Below, piece after piece: positions 17,551-27,264 of a stretch of DNA of 64,000 nt (positions are counted from its first letter, which is position 1; every line of letters begins with the position of its first letter). The notes beneath the pieces are model-generated. The model was given only the letters and a program-made list of their open reading frames with translations. It ran no database searches and was not told the DNA's origin. Made by a program: the position numbers and the translations under genes. This DNA is from Nitrospira sp. (GTDB lineage: Bacteria > Nitrospirota > Nitrospiria > Nitrospirales > Nitrospiraceae): assembly GCA_035761895.1 (NCBI GenBank), contig DASTQE010000298.1, positions 1,110 through 65,109 on the forward strand. Reading direction: 5' to 3'.

Positions 17551-17999
17551 TGTACGAAGCCCGCCAGCGGCGCTTTATGGCGGAAATCAACGTGATTCCG
17601 CTCGTCGATGTGGTGTTGGTGCTGCTCGTGATTTTTATGGTGACCGCGCCGATGCTGTATCGCGGGATGGACATCAACCTGCCCAAATCTGCGACGAACA
17701 CGATTAAGCCGGAAATGCGAACTGTGCTGACCATTGAGAAGGATCAACGGCTCTATCTGGACAAGGATCCCGTCGGCGTCGCGCAGCTTGAGCAAAAGTT
17801 AAAAAATTTGAAGCATGAGCATGCAGATGTTTCGCTCTACCTCCGTGCCGACCGGGAAGTCCCCTACGGGGTCGTCGTGCAGGTGATGGACGGAGTGAAG
17901 AAGGCTGGGATTGAGAAGATCGGAATGGTGACCGAGCCGGTGGGACCGGAGCGGGTCGGGGGGGCACCGATTCCGCGCACACCCTCTCGAAAAAGTTAA
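17547..17999 (+). CDS. tolR: TolR (ExbD/TolR family)
   Basis: AEINVIPLVDVVLVLLVIFMVTAP; RADREVPYG; ATGA overlap with tolQ. Confidence 0.93.
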   Translation: MMYEARQRRFMAEINVIPLVDVVLVLLVIFMVTAPMLYRGMDINLPKSATNTIKPEMRTVLTIEKDQRLYLDKDPVGVAQLEQKLKNLKHEHADVSLYLRADREVPYGVVVQVMDGVKKAGIEKIGMVTEPVGPERVGGAPIPRTPSRKS

Positions 18000-18026
18000 C
18001 ACGGTTGCTCGTGAGAGGGAGTTGGG

Positions 18027-19022
18027 ATGGTTGCTCCCGCACAGGTGTATGCGGCGTTCTGGTTCGACCGGGATGAGCAGGACCGGTTTTTCCGTTGCCT
18101 GGGACGGACGCTCTCCATTTCTCTTGCCCTGCATGTGGTTGCGCTGCTGGTGATGATGGGAATCAGGCTGGCACCCCACGGCGAGCGGCCGTTGGCAGCG
18201 GTTGAAGTGACTCTCGTCAATGTGCCAACCCCTGTGAAAACTATCGAACATCCCAGGCCGGTGGAACCGGTCAAGCGTGCGGAAGCCAGACCGTCTCCCG
18301 CCCCCGCGCCGCCGGTGAAAACGGCTGCGCCTACGGCGACCCCGGTCTCGGTGCCTGCACGCGCGAGCGTGGCAAAGGATATTCTGAAAGATCTCGAACT
18401 CCCGCCCGACGCACCGAAATTCGGAGAGTTGACACCTGCGAAGGCCGTGGCGCAGCCCCGTCCTCAGGCGCCGGCCAAAGTCCAGGTTCCGGACCTCCCG
18501 CGTATCCCAGATGTGATGCCTGATCAGGCGGTGAAGACTCCCCAGCGGAGCTCCATCAGTGAGGAACTCAACCGGGAGCTCGAGGAAGAGCTCAAGAAGG
18601 TTAAGGAGTACAAGCCAGCCGCGAAGCTGGAGATTCCCAAAGAGGCGCCGGTGAAACCGGTTCCGCAGCAGGAAGCGGCCATACCCCAAGTGAAGGGGCC
18701 TCAGACACAACTGAAAACGTCCGGCACCTCAGGCACGAATCCGTTTTGGGGTCGGGTGGAGGCGATTATCAAAAGCCAGTGGGAACCCCCTCCGATCGAC
18801 GTCACGGGGCAAACGTATAGTGCAGTCATCCGATTCCGGTACTATCGAAACGGGACAGTCAAGGATGTGGCGATTCAAGAAACATCCGGCAACAGCTACT
18901 TTGACATGGCAGGTCAGCGGGCAGTCCTCAAACCGCGTCAGTTTCCCGTCTTCCCTGCCGATATGACCGAGGCGTATCAAGACGTGGAAATGGTATTTCG
19001 AGTCGGGGAGAGCGTGGGATGA
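18027..19022 (+). CDS. tolA: TolA/TonB-like energy transducer
   Basis: Single N-terminal TM, Pro/Ala/Lys-rich spacer, TonB_2-like C-domain (IKSQWEPP...SGNSYFD); position in tol operon. Confidence 0.8.
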   Translation: MVAPAQVYAAFWFDRDEQDRFFRCLGRTLSISLALHVVALLVMMGIRLAPHGERPLAAVEVTLVNVPTPVKTIEHPRPVEPVKRAEARPSPAPAPPVKTAAPTATPVSVPARASVAKDILKDLELPPDAPKFGELTPAKAVAQPRPQAPAKVQVPDLPRIPDVMPDQAVKTPQRSSISEELNRELEEELKKVKEYKPAAKLEIPKEAPVKPVPQQEAAIPQVKGPQTQLKTSGTSGTNPFWGRVEAIIKSQWEPPPIDVTGQTYSAVIRFRYYRNGTVKDVAIQETSGNSYFDMAGQRAVLKPRQFPVFPADMTEAYQDVEMVFRVGESVG

Positions 19023-20347
19023 ACCAACGAACATTCATCGGGCTTATTCTCTGCAGTCTCTGCGCATTGGCCGGAGTGGTCTTTGCGGCAGACGTGTTTC
19101 TGGAGGCCACAAGACCGGACTTTCAAAAAATTCCACTCGGCGTCGTGAGCATCGAGAACACTGGAGGGCCGGACTGGCTCGGCGGACGTCTCGAAGAGGT
19201 GTTGAAGAAGGACGTCAAGCGTTCGCTCGTCTTCGAGCTGATGGACCTCCCGAGTCTGGGGATCAAGGTCCGCGACGTCGGCAATGGCCTGGGCAACGGC
19301 TCAAAGGACATCTTCAAGCAGGCATCGGAAAACGGGGTATCGGTCTTGGTATGGGGAAAGGCGGGGCTGAAAAAGGGAGAAAAAGAAGACGACATCAATA
19401 TGGAGGGGTTTGTCTACGACAGCGGCAGCGACGAGGTGGTCGGCGGCAAGCGATATGCCGGTTCGCCGTCGGTCGTACGTCTGATGGCCCACCGGTTTGC
19501 CGACGAGCTGGTGTTTCGCTACACCGGCGAACCGGGGATCGCCAGAACAAAAATTGCGTATGTTTCGGCCCACGGAGCGGCCCGGGAGCTATTCGTCATG
19601 GACTATGACGGCTATGATGCGCGTCAGCTGACTGCAGACGGGTTCTTGAATCTGATGCCCCGCTGGTCTCCGGACCGCCGGTTTTTGGTGTTTACCGCCT
19701 ACCGTAATCGCAATACGCAGGATATCGATATGATCGAACTCGCGACGGGTAAGCGGTGGACGCTGGTCTCATACGGAGGTTTGAACATTACTCCAGCCTT
19801 GTCCCCGGACGGAAATTTTCTTGCCTTTGCTTCCAGTCATGAGGGGAACTCTGAGCTGTACCGCCTGGATACGAGGACCAAGGCCGTCCAGCGGCTGACC
19901 ACCAATCCGGCCGGGGAACTGTCGCCAAGTTGGTCTCCGACTGGTAGAGAACTTGCTTTTGTATCCGACCGCGGTGGTGGGCCCCAGGTCTTTTTAATGA
20001 GTTCCGATGGCTCGAACGTGCGCCGGTTGACCTTTGAAGGCGATTACAACGCCGCGCCCGCCTGGTCTCCCAGAGGGAACTGGATTGCCTACGTCTGCCG
20101 CACGCCCCGGAAAGAATATAAACTGTGTCTCACCAGCCCTGACGGACAAAAGCGTATGCAATTGACTACAGGGGGTGGCATCGATGACTCACCTTCCTGG
20201 TCTCCGGACGGACGTCATCTCGTCTTCAGCTCGACGGCAGACGGTAAAAGTCACATTTATATGATTGATGCGGACGGAAAGGACCTTGAACGGCTGACGT
20301 TTGAGGGGACTCATAATAGTGCGCCAACTTGGTCTCCGGCGTCTTAG
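19019..20347 (+). CDS. tolB: Tol-Pal beta-propeller protein TolB
   Basis: AHRFADE...TGEPGIARTKIAYV, MDYDG, repeated PxWSPDG motifs. Confidence 0.93.
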   Translation: MNQRTFIGLILCSLCALAGVVFAADVFLEATRPDFQKIPLGVVSIENTGGPDWLGGRLEEVLKKDVKRSLVFELMDLPSLGIKVRDVGNGLGNGSKDIFKQASENGVSVLVWGKAGLKKGEKEDDINMEGFVYDSGSDEVVGGKRYAGSPSVVRLMAHRFADELVFRYTGEPGIARTKIAYVSAHGAARELFVMDYDGYDARQLTADGFLNLMPRWSPDRRFLVFTAYRNRNTQDIDMIELATGKRWTLVSYGGLNITPALSPDGNFLAFASSHEGNSELYRLDTRTKAVQRLTTNPAGELSPSWSPTGRELAFVSDRGGGPQVFLMSSDGSNVRRLTFEGDYNAAPAWSPRGNWIAYVCRTPRKEYKLCLTSPDGQKRMQLTTGGGIDDSPSWSPDGRHLVFSSTADGKSHIYMIDADGKDLERLTFEGTHNSAPTWSPAS

Positions 20348-20402
20348 CCGCACCACCAGCCACCAGCAAGTTCTGACATACATCTAGCGAGAGGAGACAC
20401 GT

Positions 20403-21122
20403 ATGGGCACAACACCGTTTAGGATCGCCATGGCACTCGTGGCCAGCGTCGCCCTGTTGGGCGTTTCCGGTTGTTCGAAAAAGTCGGTGCAATCCGGCGG
20501 CGATACGCAATCGTCGCAGCAAAATAAGACAGCGAAGAGCGAGAGCATGGAAGGTTCCAAGAGCGGCGTCGGGAGTTTCCCGGACACCAGCATGCAGTCC
20601 GGCGGAAGCTCCGGTCTTCGGGGGCTGGATAAGAATCCTTCGGAAGAACGTGTGGGGAGTGGCGGCGGGGGCAGCAGCGCGGAAAGCGGCATGGGCGGCT
20701 CCTTGTTAGCCAAGGCCGATACGGGCGACACGTCAGGCCGCCAGTTGGAGGAGATCCGGGCGGAACAGGCAGCCTCGGCTGCCGCCGGGCTTCGTGACGT
20801 GTTTTTCGGCTATGACAGCTGGACGATTTCGGATGATCAGCGGCAGTCGCTGAATCGCGACGCCGAGTGGCTGAAATCGAACCCCGGCGCCATGATCAAG
20901 GTTGAAGGTCATTGCGACGAGCGTGGAACGTCGGCGTACAACCTGGTGCTCGGAGAAAAGCGTGCCAAGGCCGTGCGCAACTATCTTGTGGAACTGGGCA
21001 TCAGCGCCAACCGGTTGTCCGTCGTCTCCTATGGAAAGGAGCGTCCGTCCTGTCTTGAACACGCCGAATCCTGCTATCAGCAAAACCGTCGCGGGCATCT
21101 CGTCGTGAAGACAGGTAAGTAA
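20403..21122 (+). CDS. pal: Peptidoglycan-associated lipoprotein Pal with long Ser/Gly-rich linker
   Basis: Lipobox VSGC; VFFGYD, EGHCDERGTSAYNLVLGEKRA, VSYGKERP, NRR. Confidence 0.93.
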   Translation: MGTTPFRIAMALVASVALLGVSGCSKKSVQSGGDTQSSQQNKTAKSESMEGSKSGVGSFPDTSMQSGGSSGLRGLDKNPSEERVGSGGGGSSAESGMGGSLLAKADTGDTSGRQLEEIRAEQAASAAAGLRDVFFGYDSWTISDDQRQSLNRDAEWLKSNPGAMIKVEGHCDERGTSAYNLVLGEKRAKAVRNYLVELGISANRLSVVSYGKERPSCLEHAESCYQQNRRGHLVVKTGK

Positions 21123-21147
21123 GAACGTGTCAAGTGTAGGTGGCACC

Positions 21148-22725
21148 ATGAGTATCACGTGGTATGTGCGGAGCGTCGGAACGGTGGTGTGTCTGCTCTC
21201 AATGAGCCTCTTGAGCGGTTGCGTGGCCCAGCAGGCGGATTTGAAGAGTGCAGAGCGCCGGTTCAAAGAATCCAACGAGGCGCTGGCTCAGCGGGGGGCT
21301 CAGCAACGGCAGGAACTCGAAGAGCTGAAGAGCCACGAGCTTCCAAGGCTGCGCGGCGAACTGGAAAAAGCACAGCACCAGGCCCAGGAAATTCAACGAG
21401 CCCAGGACGACATCCGGCAACGGTCGGCGGTGCTCGAACAGCAAACGCGAAAGTTGGAGCAGCTGTCCTCGAAGCTCGAAGCGGAAAGCGCCAATCGCTA
21501 TACGCAGGTGCGCGAAAGCCTCAATGCCCAGGACGTCAAGAACAAGGCGGACCGCGACCAGCTGCGGGTGGACGTGAATACGCGCCTCGATGACGTCAAC
21601 CGCCAAATGGAGGTGCTGCGCAAGGAAATCATCGACGCGGTGCAGAAAACCAACACCGCGTTCGCGAAAAGCTTGGACGTCAAACTGGACGAGCAGCGCA
21701 AAGCCTTGGCGGACACTCAGGCCCGCAACGAACAGTTGTCGGCGAAATTTACGCAGTTCAACCAGGCCTTGACGGGTTTCCGGGACTCCTTGACGTCTCT
21801 GAGTGAGCGCATGGGGCAGGAAGAGCAGGCCAACAAGGCTCTTGCGGCCAAGATGGACGCCGACACCAAGGCCTCGGCATCCCACATCAACGAGACGACG
21901 AAAACGATGTCGGGACACTTAAGCGAGGTGAATAAGAGTGTCGCCGCGGTGGCGCAGAAGCTCGCGGCCCGTATCGATGAACAGGTCGGCGAAGTCAATA
22001 AGACTGTGACACGGCTCGATGCGCGCATGACGGACCAAGAGCGCCGTGTCGATGGGCTCGCTAAAAATGTGGATCACGTGACTCATGAAGTTCAGGGGCG
22101 GGGCGCGAATCCGAAGGGCGCACGCCAGCAACAAACGACGACCAAGTCGACGCAGCGGTCGTCCATGACCGCGCCGGTTGAGCCGGCTCAGCCTGAACCA
22201 GTCGCGGCCGCCCGTCCGGAACCGGTCGCGGCGACCCATCAGGAGCCGGAACTGACCAATCACGCGGTTGAACGTGCCGCGGCACCGGCGGCGGAAGAAA
22301 CCCCGGAACCGGTCCAGGTTGCCGCGGCTCGACCGTCCGAACGGTCAGATAGGGCGGAGTACGAGCGGATTCTGGCCTATTTTAAAGAGGGCAATCTGGA
22401 TGGATCCCGGGAAGGGTTTTCAGCATTTCTGGCTGAGTATCCGAACTCCGATCTGGCCCCGAATGCCCGCTATTGGCTTGGGGAATCGCATTACGGTAAA
22501 AAGGACTACAAACAGGCCATCGATTCCTATGACCGCGTCGAGTTGGACTACCCGCAGAGCGAAAAAGTGCCGGCCGCGATTCTCAAGAAAGGGTTTGCCT
22601 ATCTTGCTCTAAAAGACAAGAAGCGCGCGTCGTCGGCGTTCAAACAGGTGGTGACCTTGTATCCGAAGAGTCCCGAGGCGGGAAAAGCCTACGACAAACT
22701 GAATCAACTGAAGGAGCTGCGTTAA
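21148..22725 (+). CDS. CpoB/YbgF-like lipoprotein with very long coiled coil
   Basis: Lipobox LSGC; about 330-aa heptad region; C-terminal TPR (APNARYWLGESHY, KVPAAILKKG, YPKSPEA). Confidence 0.8.
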   Translation: MSITWYVRSVGTVVCLLSMSLLSGCVAQQADLKSAERRFKESNEALAQRGAQQRQELEELKSHELPRLRGELEKAQHQAQEIQRAQDDIRQRSAVLEQQTRKLEQLSSKLEAESANRYTQVRESLNAQDVKNKADRDQLRVDVNTRLDDVNRQMEVLRKEIIDAVQKTNTAFAKSLDVKLDEQRKALADTQARNEQLSAKFTQFNQALTGFRDSLTSLSERMGQEEQANKALAAKMDADTKASASHINETTKTMSGHLSEVNKSVAAVAQKLAARIDEQVGEVNKTVTRLDARMTDQERRVDGLAKNVDHVTHEVQGRGANPKGARQQQTTTKSTQRSSMTAPVEPAQPEPVAAARPEPVAATHQEPELTNHAVERAAAPAAEETPEPVQVAAARPSERSDRAEYERILAYFKEGNLDGSREGFSAFLAEYPNSDLAPNARYWLGESHYGKKDYKQAIDSYDRVELDYPQSEKVPAAILKKGFAYLALKDKKRASSAFKQVVTLYPKSPEAGKAYDKLNQLKELR

Positions 22726-22727
22726 CT

Positions 22728-23495
22728 GTGACGCGCGGCCTGGCGACAGTGGGGCTGGGGCTCGCGACCGCGGCGGCCTTCATGGCCTTAGCCGGTTGTG
22801 CCAAGCACGCGGATTTCGTCGAACTGCGCGACCACCTCGCCACCGTGGCGAAATCGCAAGATCAGGATCAAAAGCGGCTGGATGCGTTGCAGCGGCGGTT
22901 GGACTCACTCGAGCGCGTCAGGGACGGAGAGCCGTCGAAGATGAAGCTGGATGATCTCACTGGCAGGCTGCAGAAACTCGAAGCGCGGCTGAACAAGCTG
23001 GACGAGCTCCCTGTGGCATCCACTGCGTCGAAACTTGACACGGTGCCGGCCGACCCCGTGAAGACAGCGAAGCCGCAAAAACCCGGAGGGGCGGAGCCTA
23101 TCATTCCCAATGTGCCCGCGATTACGCCCACGTCCGCATTCAATTTGTCCTACAACGACTACTTGAACGGCAAGTACGACCTGGCGGTTGCCGGCTTCCA
23201 GCGGTTCGTCAAGGATTTCCCCGGCACGTCGCTGACGCCGAACGCCCATTATTGGCTGGGCGAATCCTACTACCAACAGAAAGATTACGCCCGGGCGATG
23301 CAGGCGTTCGAGTACGTGTCCACGGAATTTCCCGGCAATGAAAAGGTGCCCGCCGCGCTGTACAAACTGGGCCTGGCGGCGGCAGAAACCGGAGATCTGG
23401 TGAAGTCAAAAAGGAATTTGAAGCGGGTCCTTGAAGAGTTTCCCACCTCGGATGAAGCCAAGCTCGCTAAGAACAAGCTGGCCGAAATCCGATGA
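22728..23495 (+). CDS. cpoB: Tol-Pal protein CpoB/YbgF (second copy)
   Basis: Lipobox LAGC; short coiled coil; TPNAHYWLGESYY, KVPAALYKLG, FPTSDEAKLA. Confidence 0.85.
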   Translation: MTRGLATVGLGLATAAAFMALAGCAKHADFVELRDHLATVAKSQDQDQKRLDALQRRLDSLERVRDGEPSKMKLDDLTGRLQKLEARLNKLDELPVASTASKLDTVPADPVKTAKPQKPGGAEPIIPNVPAITPTSAFNLSYNDYLNGKYDLAVAGFQRFVKDFPGTSLTPNAHYWLGESYYQQKDYARAMQAFEYVSTEFPGNEKVPAALYKLGLAAAETGDLVKSKRNLKRVLEEFPTSDEAKLAKNKLAEIR

Positions 23496-23521
23496 TGGGC
23501 CGGGCGTTGGGAGTGTAATCG

Positions 23522-25321
23522 GTGCCCGCTGCGCGTTGTTCGCCGACGATTCAGGTGCTGCCGGGCGAGGTCGTGAGCCGCATTGCAGCCGGCGAGGTGA
23601 TCGAGCGGCCCGCGGCGGTCGTCAAGGAGCTTGTTGAAAACAGCCTTGATGCGGGTGCCCGGCACCTTGTGATCGACATCAAGGATGGAGGCCGCTCCCT
23701 CATCCGCGTCACCGATGACGGCGAAGGGATCCGCCGCGCTGATCTTCTTCTCGCTTTCGAGCGTCACGCCACGAGCAAACTCCGCTCCGACGAAGATCTC
23801 GCCTCGATCACCACCATGGGATTCCGCGGCGAAGCGCTGCCGAGCATTGCCGCCGTGTCTCACGTACAGGTGGCAACGGCCAGGAGAGAAGACGCCGTCG
23901 GGGCACAGGTATCGTTGATCGGCGGTGTGCAGCAGGGGATCACCGACGCCCCGCCGGTGGCCGGCACGAGAATCGAAGTCGCGGATCTCTTTTACAACCA
24001 GCCGGCGCGAAAAAAGTTCCTCAAGTCCGTGCCGACCGAATTCTCGCATATCAGCCTCGCAATTCAGCAGGCGGCACTGGCCTGGCCGTCCGTGCACTTC
24101 CGGCTGACGCACAATGGTCACGAGATTTTGAACTATTCGGCCGTGACATCGGACCGCGAGAGGATTCTACAGGTCTACCGGCCGGCGTTTCTTGACAAGA
24201 CGGTGGAGGTGCGCGGCCGGATGGCCGGCTGCACGCTCAGCGGCGTGATGATCGATCCGGTGCAGGCCCGCGCATCCAAGACACCTCAGGATTTGTTCGT
24301 GAATCGCCGTCCGGTCAGGAACGCCGCGGTGTTTCATGCCGTGATCGATGGATATGGGTCGTTGCTTCCCAAAGCCCATCATCCTGCGTATGTCCTATTC
24401 CTGGATATCGATCCGGAGCGCATTGACGTCAACGTGCACCCAGCGAAGCGCGAGATTCGGTTTGCGGATCAGGAAGTGGTCCACCGCTTCGTCCGCCAGA
24501 CGGTGCGTCATGCGTTTAGCGGCGTCGAACGCAAGCTGGTGCTTGGCATGGCTCCCGAGCAGGCTGCGGCTGCCTCGGGGGCTCCGGCGTCCCGGCGCGG
24601 TGAAGAGGCTACAACCACCGTGCCTTCGGGACGAGAGCAGACGACCACAAACGGACCGTCGAATTCAGGCGACATCCCCGGTGCCTCCTCGCTGTTTGTC
24701 AGCGAACGATCGGCTTCTTATGCGCGTTCGCAGGACGTGGCGATCATTCCGTTCGGGCAGGTGCTTCAAACCTATCTCGTGGCCCAGGTCGGGCGCGAAC
24801 TACACGTGATTGACCAACATACCGCCCATGAGCGGGTGCTGTTCCAACGTCTGTGGCGAATGTGGATGCAACGACGGATGGTCATCCAACCGCTGCTCAT
24901 TCCGGAACCGATCGAGTTGACCGTCGCAGAAACCACACTCTTGCAGAAATATGCAGGAGAACTGGAACAGTTGGGACTTCTTGTCGAAGCGTTTGGGCCG
25001 TCCGCCGTCCTTCTCAGAGGCGTGCCGGTCGGCCTTGGACCTGTGGACGGCGCCTTGCTCGTTCGCGAGTTGCTGGAGGACATGGCGGAATGGGCGGTGG
25101 CCTCCTCCTTTGACGCGCGCGCGCAGCCGATACTCGCCACACTGGCGTGCAAAAGCGCGGTCCAGGCGGGGCGGACCATGGCGCTTCCCGAGATTGAGCA
25201 TCTCGTCCGCGACTGGGTGGACGAAGGATTGATGACGACCTGCCCGCACGGAAGGCGCACCGCGTTCCGTTTTTCTCCAGAGGATCTCGACAAACTCTTC
25301 GGCCGGACCGGATGGGCGTGA
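23522..25321 (+). CDS. mutL: DNA mismatch repair endonuclease MutL
   Basis: IAAGEVIERPAAVVKELVENSLDAGA, TMGFRGEAL, DVNVHPAKREIRF, DQHTAHER, TCPHGR. Confidence 0.96.
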   Translation: MPAARCSPTIQVLPGEVVSRIAAGEVIERPAAVVKELVENSLDAGARHLVIDIKDGGRSLIRVTDDGEGIRRADLLLAFERHATSKLRSDEDLASITTMGFRGEALPSIAAVSHVQVATARREDAVGAQVSLIGGVQQGITDAPPVAGTRIEVADLFYNQPARKKFLKSVPTEFSHISLAIQQAALAWPSVHFRLTHNGHEILNYSAVTSDRERILQVYRPAFLDKTVEVRGRMAGCTLSGVMIDPVQARASKTPQDLFVNRRPVRNAAVFHAVIDGYGSLLPKAHHPAYVLFLDIDPERIDVNVHPAKREIRFADQEVVHRFVRQTVRHAFSGVERKLVLGMAPEQAAAASGAPASRRGEEATTTVPSGREQTTTNGPSNSGDIPGASSLFVSERSASYARSQDVAIIPFGQVLQTYLVAQVGRELHVIDQHTAHERVLFQRLWRMWMQRRMVIQPLLIPEPIELTVAETTLLQKYAGELEQLGLLVEAFGPSAVLLRGVPVGLGPVDGALLVRELLEDMAEWAVASSFDARAQPILATLACKSAVQAGRTMALPEIEHLVRDWVDEGLMTTCPHGRRTAFRFSPEDLDKLFGRTGWA

Positions 25322-25341
25322 CGACCTGTCCTCTGCACACG

Positions 25342-26337
25342 ATGGCTTCTCTGACCGAGGGACAAGTCCGCCGGAAGCCGCTGGTCGTCATCCTTGGACC
25401 GACCGCCGTCGGTAAAAGCCGCGTGGCCATCGAGGTGGCCAAACGGCTCGACAGTGAAATTCTGACGGCCGACTCGCGTCAAGTCTATCGGGGGATGAAT
25501 GTCGGGACGGACAAGCCACCGGTGGCCGCCCGTGAGGGCATTGCCCATCGCCTTATCGATCTCGTCGATCCTGACGAGCCGTTCAATGCGGGTGTTTTTC
25601 AGCGCTATGCGACCCGGCTGATTGAAGGGCTTCATCAACGCCGGTCTCTTCCGCTGGTGGTCGGGGGCACAGGGTTGTATGTTCGGATCCTCCTGCAGGG
25701 GTTGTGCGAAGCGCCGCCGAGTGATCCGGGATTGCGGGCGCAATTATGCGAAGAAGCCCGAGAGCAGGGCCCCATGCATATGTATGAGCGCCTCACGGCG
25801 GCTGACCCGCTGACCGCAGCGAAGATGCATCCTCGTGATACCTCGAAGGTCATCCGAGCCTTGGAGGTCCAGCATCTCTCCGGCATTCCGATGTCGTCGT
25901 TTCAAGCCGGACATGGTTTTACCGACCGGCCATTTTCGGCGCTCGTCATTGGACTGAATAGAGAGCGGGAGCATCTCAACCGTCGCATCGAGGAGCGCAT
26001 CGATTGGCAGCTCGCCAATGGACTTATTGAAGAGACCCGTGATCTGCTCGCCCGGGGATGCCGGCGGGACAGCCCGGCGATGACAGGATTGGGCTATCGA
26101 CATGTGGCCGCTCATTTAGCCGGTGAATACGATCGGGAGGAAATGGTCAGGCTCTTCAAGCGCGATACGAGGCGATTTGCCAAGCGGCAAATGACCTGGT
26201 TTCGGCGGGAGCCGGGGACGACCTGGCTCATGATCGACGAATCAGAGCCGCTGGAAGAGACGGTGGCCCGCGCCGTACGGCTGATTGATTCCTTTCTTTC
26301 AGCGCTTGAGGCGGATGAGGGACACCAGGTCTCATAG
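25342..26337 (+). CDS. miaA: tRNA dimethylallyltransferase
   Basis: GPTAVGKS, ADSRQVYRGMNVGTDKP, VGGTGLY, TRRFAKRQMTWF; follows mutL. Confidence 0.96.
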   Translation: MASLTEGQVRRKPLVVILGPTAVGKSRVAIEVAKRLDSEILTADSRQVYRGMNVGTDKPPVAAREGIAHRLIDLVDPDEPFNAGVFQRYATRLIEGLHQRRSLPLVVGGTGLYVRILLQGLCEAPPSDPGLRAQLCEEAREQGPMHMYERLTAADPLTAAKMHPRDTSKVIRALEVQHLSGIPMSSFQAGHGFTDRPFSALVIGLNREREHLNRRIEERIDWQLANGLIEETRDLLARGCRRDSPAMTGLGYRHVAAHLAGEYDREEMVRLFKRDTRRFAKRQMTWFRREPGTTWLMIDESEPLEETVARAVRLIDSFLSALEADEGHQVS

Positions 26338-26361
26338 AGCGCAGAAGGAGACAGACGCGTC

Positions 26362-27261
26362 ATGGGGAAGTGGACTCGCAGAACTCGTGCGGATATCGGC
26401 ATTATCGGCGGAAGCGGACTCTATGACATCGACGGGCTTCACCAGGTCAAACGAGTGACGGTGCCGACGCCGTTCGGGTCTCCCTCGAGTCCTGTCGTGG
26501 TCGGCGAACTGGATGGCGTTCGGGTGGCGTTTCTTTCGCGGCATGGCCAAGGCCACCGCTTCAGTCCGTCGGACATCAACTATCGTGGAAATATTTATGC
26601 CTTGAAAGCGCTCGGCGTGCGCCGGGTCATCTCGGTAAGCGCCGTGGGCAGCATGAAGGAATCGATGAAACCGGGTGATGTGGTCCTGCCGGATCAGTTC
26701 ATGGATCTCACCAAGCGGCGAATCTCCACTTTTTTTGAGGGCGGCGTCGCGGTTCATGTGGCGTTCGGCGATCCGGTCTGCGCCTCGCTCAGCGCGTCGC
26801 TGCTGGCGGCAGGCCAATCGGTCGGCGCCACCGTTCATCAGGGTGGCACCTACCTGTGCATGGAAGGGCCACAGTTCTCAACAAAGGCGGAGTCGCATCT
26901 GTATCGTCAGTGGGGCGTCAGCGTCATCGGTATGACGAATATGCCGGAGGCCAAACTCGCCCGTGAAGCCGAACTGTGCTATGCCACGGTTGCGTTGGTG
27001 ACCGATTACGATTGCTGGCATCAGACGGAAGAGCCCGTGACGGTCGAAGCGATTCTGGCGACGCTATGTGCGAATGTGGCGTTGGCCAAGCGACTTCTAC
27101 GCGCCGCCGTCAAATCCGCGGCCTCGGTCACGACCTGTGCGTGCCAGGAGGCGCTCCAGCACGCGATCGTCACGGCACCGGACATGATCCCTTCGGGGCT
27201 TCGGCGAAAACTGGCGCTCTTGACGGAACGGGCGCGTCCCTCAGCGAAAGGAAAGCGTTGA
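26362..27261 (+). CDS. mtnP: S-methyl-5'-thioadenosine phosphorylase
   Basis: IGIIGGSGLY, FLSRHG, EGPQFSTKAES, IGMTNMPEAKLAREAELCY, VTDYDCW. Confidence 0.9.
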   Translation: MGKWTRRTRADIGIIGGSGLYDIDGLHQVKRVTVPTPFGSPSSPVVVGELDGVRVAFLSRHGQGHRFSPSDINYRGNIYALKALGVRRVISVSAVGSMKESMKPGDVVLPDQFMDLTKRRISTFFEGGVAVHVAFGDPVCASLSASLLAAGQSVGATVHQGGTYLCMEGPQFSTKAESHLYRQWGVSVIGMTNMPEAKLAREAELCYATVALVTDYDCWHQTEEPVTVEAILATLCANVALAKRLLRAAVKSAASVTTCACQEALQHAIVTAPDMIPSGLRRKLALLTERARPSAKGKR

Positions 27262-27264
27262 ATC

